Shown: one piece after another, positions 39,154 to 50,539 of the stretch
Layout: the number at the start of each line of letters is the position of its first letter
Position numbering within the stretch: position 1 is the first letter of the stretch
Assembly: GCF_001194135.2 (NCBI RefSeq)
Contig: NC_068983.1
Span: forward strand, 125,452,822-125,506,530
Direction of reading: 5' to 3'
Length of the DNA: 53,709 nt
From: Octopus bimaculoides
Lineage: Eukaryota
The notes under the pieces: generated by a model
Seen by the model: the letters and a program-made list of their open reading frames with translations, nothing else
The model's database searches: none
Told to the model about the DNA's origin: nothing
Program-made: the position numbers and the translations under genes

Positions 39154-39555
39154 TTACATATATGATATATTACTCATACATACACAACATATAGGTGCAT
39201 TTATATTTATATATTTACATTCCTGTGTGTGTGTCTGTGTGCATTCGTCTGTATGTGTGTGAAGGCTAGATCGATCGATACGAAAATGAAAATGTGTTTC
39301 ACTCTGAGGTGCATGTTATGTACAAATACTATATGTCAAAAACAACGTGCTGTATAGTAGAATAGAATATAGCATGGTTTGATGTTGCAGAAACAGATTT
39401 CATCAAAGAAGTAAAGATAATGACTTATACTTATTCCAAGTAATTTAATTCACAGAAATATAAAGTTAAACAATTACTTGTCTAGCGATAAATATAAACG
39501 TCACATTTTTAAGGCAGATTTCAATGTAAGTTTTCCAGATAGCTATTTTTACATA

Positions 39556-40811
39556 CATGGATGGGCTGAAAATTTCATAGGCTGACTATGAAGGAATGAT
39601 GTTAAAGCTGTGAAATCTTATTAATTTTCATATTGGAAACTGCGTTGTTTCTTTCCACGTAAACTGGCTTCTGACAATTCAAAAAACTTCAAAAGTAACT
39701 ATGAGAATATCGCTTTCTTTTGGAAATGGATAAAATTTAGCATCATGGTGTTAACAACTATTTGAAGAACCAAGGTTTAGTTCCCAATAACATTCATGCC
39801 GACATGGTTGATACATTAGTGGATGACGCTCCAGCATAATCAACAGTGGAACAATGGGCAGCTGAATTTAGGAGGAGAAAGAAATTCTTGAAGTTGATCT
39901 AAGGCCTGGGTGTTCTGCAACTGCCACCACCGAGGAGACATTGATCGTGCCTGTCATATAGTGATGGATGACAGACTCTTGGATATAGATAAAATATTTA
40001 ATGTTATTAGCATATTCCGTGAAAGAGTTGAGAATATTCTGCACAAGTAATTGGCATGACATATGTTTCTCCTCCATAGGTGCCACGTATTCTGACACCT
40101 GGTGAAAAGCGCACTAGTCTCATCACATCAAGGGACTATCTGACATTGTTTGAGGCACGTCCAGCTAGTTTCCATGAATGTTTCCTATGCTCGTATGAGT
40201 GCCGGGTTCATCAATTTTATCCAGAGACAAATAGATCATGCAGTGAAAACGCTAGTCCTCTCCTCACCTGACCCAATGAAGGCCAGTTCATCTGTAGGGA
40301 ATATAATGACCTCCTTTTGGGGGATGCAAAAGCCGTTGTAATTATTGTGTTTAACTTCACCATGAAAGCAGTGTTCTATGTAAACTTGCCGAGGCAGTTA
40401 TGAAAGGCTATCAATACCAAATACCCCCAAAATTGAAACAATGGTTCTTGTTTCATGAAGTCAGTCAATACTAGTAGACAAACCTTTGGTTTCACTGACT
40501 GGTAGGCGTGATTGTGTGTTTGAACTTATTGATCATCCTCCCTATTCTCCTGATTTGGTCCAATCCCACTATCTTCTGTTCCTCTACATAAAAAAACAAT
40601 TAGCTGGGAAACACTACGTGATGATGATTTGCTGTTGATAACTTGTTGACCAACAAGATGAAAGTTTCTACATCAATGGTATTTACGCACAGCAACATCG
40701 ATGGATGAGGTGTGTGGTTCGCAAGGGGTCTATGTTGAATAATATATTTCAGTTGGTCAAATTCCATGCGATTATTTTGCTCAGTCTATGAACATTTCAG
40801 CCGGTTCCTCG
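39556..40811 (+). mobile_element. Near full-length defective mariner (irritans/Himar-like)
   Basis: Degenerate TIRs CATGGATGGGCTGAAAATTTCATAGGCTGAC and CAGTCTATGAACATTTCAGCCGGTTCCTCG, with TA on the left. Motifs: STVEQWAAEFRR, VPRILTP, ECRVHQFYPET, SFWG and DHPPYSPDLVQSHY. Confidence 0.9.
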
Positions 40812-42159
40812 AACAATTATATATTTCACTTTCATTTGCCAAAGTTTTCAATCGTAACCAGTTCCTTTCATTTGTACATCTTGCGGAATTTGTTTTTCCT
40901 GCATTGTGTTATTTGTTACACAAACAACCAATTTAATAAAATGTATCAGAAACAGATTTACTTATGAAAAAGTTTCGTTACTTCCACCACAATAGAAATG
41001 TAAATTGACTAAGATCTCACTTCTTTCTCCAAAATGACATCGATAGAAATTCTCAGGCTTCTTTCCTCCCTAGAAAATGCTATATTCTTCACTAACGTAA
41101 TTTTCTATTTGCCTCAAATTAAAGATAAAATAGTTCTTTTCAGGAAAATATAAAACGACTTTTTTTTCCCCGTGATATATTCTGATATTAATCTACATAA
41201 TTTTCAGTGATTGACATCATGTAAATTTGCCGTTCAGAGAGAAAGTTATGAAGTAACACCCACAAACGAAATTGTTGATACTTAGACTGTCATCACCACA
41301 ATAGTTCGTTTGTGTTTTGTTAGTACTATTATTAAGGCAGCTGTAAGTGTACTCTAATGAGTACGCAAACACAAGGGAGATATATTGTATGTATTTATAT
41401 ACATACAATTTACTGTCGCTTATACTGACAAAAATGTTGTTTTTCCTCTGTGGTGTTTGATAATAGCAAGACAATAATCAAAGTGTTCATTTCATATGGT
41501 GTGATTGAGTAGCAGCCTTCTGTTCTACACAGAGCTTATTGATTTCATCTCCTGAAGCGTTTATCATAATGCGTTGTGTGGAATTTAAATACGACAGACT
41601 AAAGAAAAAATTTCTGTGCGCGTGTTAGAATTGCAGGAAATAGAAAACAAATTTCCATAAATCATGTTATAGAACTTACAAATAGGAGCAGACATAACTT
41701 TGTAATTAAGACGTTTGCTTTGCAACCACATACTTATTTCTGTTTTAGACCTAGGACGTTTAAAATCTTGTGCGTGCATTTGATAAAATGAAACTGTTTG
41801 AAATTCCGTCGTATATAAATGTGTATGTGTGTGTGTGTGTGTGTGTGTGATTTTCCTTGAATGAATAAATGTGCAACTTTGTGTTTGCCTCCACACAAAT
41901 TGATGATATGTGTGGTTGTTTAGGATATTCAAATTAATCGGTACGGCAAGAAACTCATTTAGTAAATACATGGAACTATATCAAGAAAAAAAAATGCGTG
42001 AAAATGTAGCAATTTGAGATGTCGTTACTGACACATTCAATCAAAGTAAAATATAACAATTGAACTAAAAGCCAATATGACACCAATACTAATAAAAATC
42101 AATATCACCAATATGACAAAAAACAATATGATACCAATACTAATATATAGGGCTCATAA

Positions 42160-42380
42160 TGCGGTGAGCTGGCATAATCGTTAGAATGGCGGGCGAAATG
42201 CTTAGCGGTATTTTGTCTGTCTTTATGTTCTGAATTCAAATTCCGCCGAGATCGACTTTGCATTGCATTTCATTCTTTCGGGGTCGAGAAATTAAGTACC
42301 AGTTGCGTAGTGAGGTCGATCTAATTAACTGCGCCCCTCTCCAAAAATTTCGAGCCTTGTGCCTAGAGTACAAAACAATA
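42160..42380 (+). mobile_element. Full-length tRNA-derived SINE, family A
   Basis: A-box-like TGGCATAATCG (42170) and B-box-like GAATTCAAATTCC (42232), a central TTTCATTCTTTCGGGGTCGAGAAATTAAGTACC and an A-rich tail. Several homologues occur in the window. Confidence 0.85.
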
Positions 42381-43292
42381 TATAAGGTTTATTTTCAAAA
42401 ACGAATAGAAGGAATCAAAAAAAAAAAAAAGAAAAAAAGAAAAGCAATAAAACGTAACGTCTTCAGGGGATATGTTGAACCTGGAGAATATGAAAATGTC
42501 CCACACAAGATTCTGTGGAGTTTAATTAAGTCAATTGCTTTCTTATGTCAGGTATAAATTTGGGTTACGTGACATTAAGAAAAGGTTAATTTGGCAGACA
42601 ATGTAACTGGGTTCAAACAATTACATTGATAAACCATTTGAAGAACACAATGCAGTCAATACTGCCACAAGTTTTTTTAAATCTATTCTCGATGTTTCGA
42701 TTTACGAAGGCACATATAATTATATAATTTCTTCTCACTGGGAAGGCTTTCTTATAACTATTTAACTTCAAGCCTACACACACACACACGCACACACACA
42801 CACACACACACACATATTAAATAAAATTAATCGCTAAATCTTTAGTACAAAAGAAAAAAAATCCAATAATACCTAAAGAGTATCTTATTATTATCTCCCC
42901 TTGAATTTAACCTCTCAAATTATATTAGTCTTAAAGAATTTGTTTTAGAGTAGTGTATTTTATTCCTATAAAACTTAGCGCAGGACAAAAGGTGTAGCCA
43001 GTTGCATAGGTTAAAGAAGGAGTAAACATAAAGATAACTATTCTTCCATTGTTAATTGTGGTAAATAGTTTCATTTACTAGTTGTATTCAAAATTTATAA
43101 CATATATAGGGTTTTTTATTACTTTTTAAATATTATTAACTTACGTTTGACATAATAACGATAATATATACTAGTATTGATAGGGGTAAATTTCACAATA
43201 AATTATCAACTCCCGTAAAGTTTATATAGATAGGCAGTTCAATTTGACGTGTTTATAAAATAGTCGATGAGGGTTTCTTTATGGTTAGCACG

Positions 43293-43333
<41 letters not shown>

Positions 43334-43464
43334 TATTGTAATTTTCGCTATTTAATTTTATGGAATATATAGAATTTTTTTAAATATTATAATTTTGTAA
43401 TTTAAAAATAATACACCACTTTGTTTTACACACCTGTCTTCGCATGTTGCTTTTCGTAAATTTC

Positions 43465-43505
<41 letters not shown>

Positions 43506-43562
43506 NNNNNNNNNNNNNNNNNNNNNNNNNNNNNNNNNNNNNNNNNNNNNNNNNNNNNNNNN

Positions 43563-43594
<32 letters not shown>

Positions 43595-43597
<3 letters not shown>

Positions 43598-43745
43598 GAC
43601 GGACTTGTTTCAGTTTCCATCCTCTCACAAAGCTTTGGTCGGCCCGAGGCTATAGTAGAAGACTTGCCCAAGGTGCCTCGCTGTGGGACTGAACCCGGAA
43701 CCATGTGGTTCGAAAGCAAGTTTCTTACCTCACAGATACCCCAAT
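43595..43745 (-). mobile_element. tRNA-derived CORE-like SINE head, family D
   Basis: The minus strand reads GGTTCCGGGTTCAGTCCC (B box), then CACCTTGGGCAAGTCTTCTACTATAGCCTCGGGCCGACC, and runs directly into (TA)n and the N gap. Confidence 0.85.
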
Positions 43746-44031
43746 TATATATACGCGGGAGAAAGTATGGTTGGTGATTACACGTAGTTGAATATACAAG
43801 GAAAGAAATAGGATGATAAAACACAGAAGATTTGTTTTACGAGAATATATTTAAATCGTCATGGCAAAACTATTTTACTATATTATACAAATTGAGATTT
43901 TTCACTTCTAAATAAAATGAGTGGTTTCGATGAAGCTTGTCAAATTTTGAGTGTCAGATGCAATTCGAAACGAGACATCATGTTTGTTAGTGGACGATAA
44001 TTGATAACCAATATATTTTTCAGTATAATTT

Positions 44032-45114
44032 TCAATATGAGTCTGTATTCAGTTCTGGCTTATATTTTTCGATAAATGAGGCCTCTTTATTTAGTCACCC
44101 TTATAGTGAGGTCCACATAACACATTGATATAATGGAAAGATTAGGAATTGTAGTTGCAGCTGTTCTGCATATCTGTCAATGTGTTCCCTGTGATGTATC
44201 TGGCGATATTATGGGGAAGAGATCTGTTGTCTGTGACCTGTACATCAAGGTCTATGGCACTTTCCCGTGGGATTTATGTAGTTTTAGTGAAGGCCCAAGC
44301 ATCTTATGACATAAATGTATTTTTCAGAGGGGCAAGTAAAATTGGATTTAATTTTGAATTTTTGCTCTCGTTTAAGGTACAACTCTGATCCTTCCAAAAG
44401 ACTAGGGCATGTTCCGCAGTTAGGTCCAAATTTTTTAATTCTTGTGTCCGTTATTCTTGAGAATGATTTAGCTTTTGTGAGGATCTTTTTTCATGTCTTT
44501 GATTGTTTATTGCTTTTAATGATCTTATGTGTACGCAGAATTTCTTTCCGTTTGGGGTCCTTATCGAATATTGGGAGATTTTGGACAATGATTTTAAATG
44601 CTTTGCCATTTCTAGGGTTTATGTGGATACATAGGGTATCATTTTCAGATGAGGTGTGTTACTGTGTTTGACGTTTCTTAGTGTTTTTAATGTCAATGGA
44701 TTTCGCAAGTTTAACCCCCTCATTTGTTGGCTGAATTGGGTAGTGTCACTCAATGAGTACGTTTTTAAGCTCTTGCAGTCTCACTTCTCCGGTGTTATTT
44801 TCGGACACTATGGTGCAAATCCTTCTTGCGAGGTTGAAGGGGATATTTGCTTAATATTTATCGGGTGGCATGAACTAAATAACAGGTATTGTTTAGCGTC
44901 TATAGTTTTGTAAAATATATCCCTTTCTATTTTTTGTTGCTTATCTTTTTAAAAGTATATCTAGGAACGGGTGTTCCTCTTGGTTGTGTTACATTATGTA
45001 TTGTATGTTGATGTTAATGCTATTAACGAGTCAGTTGAGATCCAGGAGATTATCTATGTAATCATTCCAGAGGATGAAGTAATCGTCCAAAAATATTTTC
45101 CAATTTTCTTTTAT

Positions 45115-45176
<62 letters not shown>

Positions 45177-45613
45177 CAAATTTTGAAAATGACTCCTGAT
45201 ATATTGTTATTATTTCTAAATAGCCAATTGTTAGGTTAGCAACATCCGGGTGAAATGACTGACTTTTGGCGGTAAACAGTGGTGTCAAATATGAAATTGT
45301 TATTTTGTAGGATGAATTTTATTCAGTCAATTCTGAAGTGTTTGCTGATCTGTTCCGGTATTTCTTCTGGATATTTGTCAAGCCAGAACTAAATTGCTTT
45401 TATTCCATAATTATGGGGCATGTTGGTGTATAAGTTTATCACATGAAATGAAACCGTAAGTGCTTCTTACTTGACCTTTTCCGGTAGGTCATTTAATATA
45501 CGTAAGTCATCTTTAATGTAATTTTCATGTATTTAAAAAATGGTTTCAGCAGAATGTCTACGAAGCAACTTAGTCTATGCAGTTCACAGGACGGTCCAGC
45601 TATAATGGGCCGG
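44032..45613 (-). mobile_element. Penelope-like element relic: RT plus GIY-YIG endonuclease, 5'-truncated
   Basis: RPIIAGPSCELHRLS, VSFHVINLYTNMPH, KFILQNNNFIFD, VANLTIGYLE, WKIFLDDYFILW, DIFYKTIDAKQYLLFSSCHP, IPFNLARRICTIVS, CGTCP, KYIYVIRC..YI (GIY-YIG) and FIEKYKPELN*. Multiple stops and frameshifts are present. Confidence 0.92.
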
Positions 45614-45785
45614 GGTCACTGTCTGGAATCGAACTCGGAATCTTGGGGTTAGTAGAGCACGCTCTTAACCACTACACCATATGCCCGTGGGCATATGGTG
45701 TAGTGGCTAAGATGAAGACATATATCCGTCAGATGTAAATAATGTAAATAATGTACGTAATTCCCCGTGTCTTAAATATTAAGAA
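45614..45785. mobile_element. tRNA-head/hairpin element, copy 1: minus-strand head fused to Penelope RT plus a deleted plus-strand arm
   Basis: The head at 45614-45686 carries A and B boxes. 45663-45686 and 45689-45712 form a 24-bp inverted repeat with 1 mismatch. The right arm jumps at AAGA to the tail (ATCCGTCAGATGTAAATAATGTAAATAATGTA). Confidence 0.85.
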
Positions 45786-46814
45786 TAAAGTCTTTTACAT
45801 TATTATATCAGTGACCAGCATATAAAAAAATTATGAGTATACAGTTATAAAGATATAATTATGATTAAGGGCACTGGAATGTCAAATACCTAGAGTCCAC
45901 TTTCAATTTATATAAATTTTGGGTTTCTAAATATCTTCAGTTTCCAAGCTTCTATTCTTATATCATTGTTATTCTTAACGTTGTTAGTGCTGGTGTTGTT
46001 ATTGTGTTAGCCATTTGCGCCACGAAAATATTGGGACAATCTGAAGACATTGAACTGAGTGGATTAGCATAAACACATGCAAATAATAAACACAATATCA
46101 ATAATAAAATTATAAGAAAAAATCCTCTACTGAGCGAGACCCACACCCAGATGTGATCAAATAACTCCACACACCTCCATTCATTTTAACCATCAGGAAT
46201 ACTATAGCAAGTGCTACCCCCTAACATTTCATACTACAGTCGCTTGCATAGAATAGACTTAACGTATACAATAACAAAAATGAGATAGAATGTAAAAGAA
46301 AAATCAATAGTATCGCCAGAAACGATGGTGACATATACGATCTTGATTAATTGCAGCGTTTACAAGTATTTGAAATGTATTATTTTCTTAATCCGTTCTC
46401 CTTCATTTCCTTCGACTGAACAGGAATTTCTGGAGCGAAAAGATACAGCGAAGTTTCGTAATTTGCTTCATTTATGTTTCCCATGCAATTCAAAACTAAA
46501 TTCGGTCTACTTTCCACTCTGATAAGTACTAGAATGCAAACTATATAGCATGCTATCATTAAAAGTGTACATCTAACATAAATTACTATTATTTAAGTTG
46601 AAGGATGTACTTTTTAGCAGATTCTAAATCTTTATATCATTTTAATTTCCGTTTATATTATTTTACAAAATTCTACGAAAAGCAGGCCATTACATTTTAT
46701 TCAGAAATGAGTAATTTTTTAGGTCAAGATTTTTTTTTTATCATTAGGTTAAGTGCTGGGTTTTTGTGAAAGTGCTGCTTCAATAGTATCTACGTAATAA
46801 TTGTTTTTAATTTC

Positions 46815-47180
46815 AGAAAGGGAACTAATCGATGACACCGTCGCTAGAATGTGACTAGTACTTTATTTGAATGATGCTAGTAAGGTGAAAAGCAATTTCT
46901 GATGGACTTGAATTCATAATGTAAAGAGCTGGACAAATACCAGATAATCGTTTTGTCGAACTGTAACGTTTCTGTCAACACTCTGGCTTGAACACCACCG
47001 ACAACAATAACTATAATATTGACAACAAAAATCCTTTCTATTATAGGCACAAGGCCTGAGGTTTAGAATTTGGGGAAAGGTGCTAGTCTATTACATCGAC
47101 CTCAGTATTTGACTAATGCTCTTTTTTTTATCGGTCCTGCGATATGCAAAGCAATGTCAATATTGGCAGCATTTTGTTCA
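46815..47180 (-). mobile_element. Two degenerate family A SINE fragments
   Basis: CTAATCGATGACACC...CTAGTACTTTATTT and GGCACAAGGCC...TAGTCTATTACATCGACCTCAGT resemble the inverted family A sequence. Confidence 0.5.
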
Positions 47181-50142
47181 GGTCCACTGCCTTATAAATG
47201 TCTGAATACATTTCCAAATGAGTGGTGTATTTGAAATTAATTTAACATGACTAAGTTTTTATATAATGAGAAATTTCATATTTCCTTCAATGCTACTTTA
47301 ATATGTTAACGATATGATACTGGTGAGAAATGAAAATAGATATCCATAGTCTTTGCCTCATCTATAATAATAATTTACTATTTTAGCATATTCGTTTCTG
47401 TCATTTAGGATAGGCATGTAAAATCTCTCCCTTTTCCATTATTGTTAGTTTCATTTAGAATATGTGATTTACATCGAACATTGATCTCTTCTGAATTCCT
47501 ATATATTTATATTTCCTCTTGTTAAATATTTCTGTTAATATTTTTAGATCTATTCAGTCTTGTCACTATCATTTTACGTCGTTTAAAGTATTTTAAATTC
47601 TTTCTGTTGGGAAGTTTATGTGACGATTTAGAATTTGTTGTTGTTTATAATATGTTATGTAAATGTAGCGTATGTTGTTTTTTCATATCATTTACAGTTA
47701 TCAAGAAAACAAATTAACTCTGAACTTTTCATCTGTAACATATTGATTGTTACTTTAGCTGGTGCTTACCCGCAACGTTTAGATTTCAGACCAACGTATC
47801 ATTTTCAATTTTCTCCTGACCACTAGTTTTCATCTATATCTGCTAAATGTTAGATATTCTTTTAGTGGTAGTTTACCACTGTACGATTCTGATCATAAAG
47901 AGGTACTTAATATAATTAGAAAAAAAAAGAAAGAAAATAAACACAATGAGAAGAGAAAGTAAGCATTTTCAACTTGCATTCCAAAGTATCCGCCTCTCTC
48001 AAAAAAAGATTCGAACCGTTAGATCCTGAGACATAGTTTTCATTAAAGTAAAACAATGTGGAGTTCTAAACTCAAGGAACATTACGACACTGTTTGAAAT
48101 TTGGTGGGACACATGAAATGTATTTAATTTTCCAAATTATATATTTCGACTGGGGTGTTTATGATGGTTCTTCGTTTACAGTGAACCTTTCATCAGTAAC
48201 AAAGAGACAAATGAAACGATTTAATCGCAATCGGAACGTTTTATTAATTTTGGAAATTATTGCTCAATTTGAACCATTTCTAATGAGTTTGTAGAAAGGA
48301 ATTTCCAATCCTGGAAGCAGTCATATTTCTTCAAATGGAAAAAAAAAAAACATTCTGTTATAAATTTTCGGTTTTGCATTTGGTTTTTAAGATTCTTTAT
48401 GTGAATTCATGAGGTGAAATGAATCTCGTGTCTTGGGGCGAAAGAGAGGTCATTACGCCCATAATATCAATGACATAACGACTCTCCTAAGACATAACAT
48501 GGCACTATAAATCATGGGCGGTCAATTTGTCCAATTAACTATCGTGCGATACATTATTTCTGTGGAGCTGACAGAATGTCTTTTAAGGCTTTCATACAAC
48601 GGCTCAATAAAATTGAAGTACTACTCATATCTTTACAGGAATTTCAAACACCAAAAGATGATATTAATTTTGGAGATTCCTGAAGCCTTTCTATGTCAAT
48701 GCTAGCAATATGTCCCCTTTATGCAAAGAATATAAGCCAGACAAAAGAAAAATAATACAGCAATTTTAATCAACGCAGTGCTTCTCACTCACTGAATCGT
48801 GTTGGGGAAGCTGCTGCTTCTAAATATTTTGAAGCTTTATATATGATGACCCCATCGAAAGTTGATACACCTTTTCCGCGTCAACAGAATAGGAAAATTG
48901 AATGAAAGATTCCGAAGGAAATAAAATAGTGTTTGCTTTCTAGAACTTATCAGAAAGTCGTTTGTCAACAATAACTGTCAGTACCACAGCCCATGTAAAT
49001 GGATGCAATGACATTCAAAACTTGTTCAAGATTCGTTCAGAACAAACTCTTGAAAGAAGATATAAGACATTGACTTAGGCAGAAAAATGAATAGTTTTCA
49101 AGCTGTTTTGTTAGCCAAAATCTGCAATTTAATTTTTATACGCTTTAACAGTACAAAACGACTTTTCATGGAGTGGAAATTGATCTGAATAAACTGGTGG
49201 CTCTAATAGTTTATCTGGAAAAGTTCTCCAAATGATTTTGCGAGAGGTGTGAAGAGTCTGAAATGAATAATAGGGGCATGAATGGAAATGCTAGATGAAA
49301 AAAATAATGGGTCAAGGATGTAGAAACTAGCACCTCAGTTTCAGAGGGATTTATCTTTTCTTTAAACTCAAAATTTGAATGCGGGCGCGACAATATAATT
49401 CCACCTCCGTAGTGAGTTGCATTAAAAAACTGAATGTAATTTATCAGTTAACATGTTACAAGTTCAACGTCGTGTCATCGTATGTAGTTTTCCCGGTGTA
49501 GCGAAAAAATTAGGTGTAGGGTAAAAATTATTACGTCTATTCAGTGTGGCTATGCATCATATTTTGATAGGTGCAATTTTCCAACCACAGCTTTTCAAAT
49601 CTCATGTCATGTCTGCTGAATTTCAACAAGTGTTTTTAATCTTAGATGATGGGCTTGATTTCCAGGTGTTTATGTAGCTCTAAGTATATATTTGTTATTA
49701 ATTACCTAGGGCAGATTTTATTCAGTAAATTGGGACTCTGTAATATATTATGAGAAAGACACACTGACCTATAATTGTGGAATTGCTTTGTTTTTTTCTG
49801 GAAGTAGAACGCGCCCTACTAAAAACTTATAAAAATTTCTGACGGCAAGTGTAGAAAGCCTTATTTTACACATTGTAGTAGTATATACCTATAAGGTGGT
49901 AAATTTGCTATACATAGATTAGATAAAACAAAATTTGTATTTATAAATGCATTTAAACTATCTATGTGGCAACATAAGCATTCCATTTGCATGTAGAAAT
50001 GGAGTTTGAAACTTTAGTAGTTTGCCGTGTATTTAAAACTTTTTGTATAAAAGCGCCACTAAAATTGAATTTCAGAAGCCGCTCCTTAATTATTTACATT
50101 ATTTACATTTGACGGATATTTGTACTCATCTTGTTTGTTGTT

Positions 50143-50187
50143 AACACATCGTTTTGGCTGATATACCTTCCAGCGTCATCAGGTGTC
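50143..50187 (-). ncRNA. Mutated hammerhead motif (family 3), predicted inactive
   Basis: GACAC-CTGATGA-C-GCTG...CAGCC-AAAAC-GAT-GTGTT. G12 is changed to A and the NUH triplet is lost. Confidence 0.6.
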
Positions 50188-50240
50188 TTAGGGAAATCTC
50201 GACCCTGGGTTCTTTTTCCTGAGGTCTTTTTCGATGTTGC

Positions 50241-50322
<82 letters not shown>

Positions 50323-50493
50323 GTTATGCCATATGACCTTGGGCATATGGCATATTGGTTAAAAGTGCGGGCTACTAACCAAAAGATTCCGAGTTCGATT
50401 CCAAGAAGTGACCTGAATAATAATAATAATAATAATAATGATAATATCAAAAAATACCTTAGGTATGAGAACCCAGGTTCGCAATTTACCTAA

Positions 50494-50539
50494 GACACCT
50501 GATGAAAGCTGGAGGGTATATCAGCCGAAACGTCGTGTT
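50494..50539 (+). ncRNA. Minimal type I hammerhead ribozyme (family 3)
   Basis: GACAC-CTGATGA-AA-GCTG(GAGGGTATAT)CAGC-C-GAAAC-GTC-GTGTT has an intact core, a 5-bp stem I, a loopless palindromic stem III (ACGT) and a GUC triplet. Confidence 0.8.

Noticed and set aside
42066-42147. Short local duplications (also ~32790-32825, ~33934-33956, ~21481-21516)
   Set aside because: These are ordinary slippage-type tandem duplications of 11-22 nt with no further structure.
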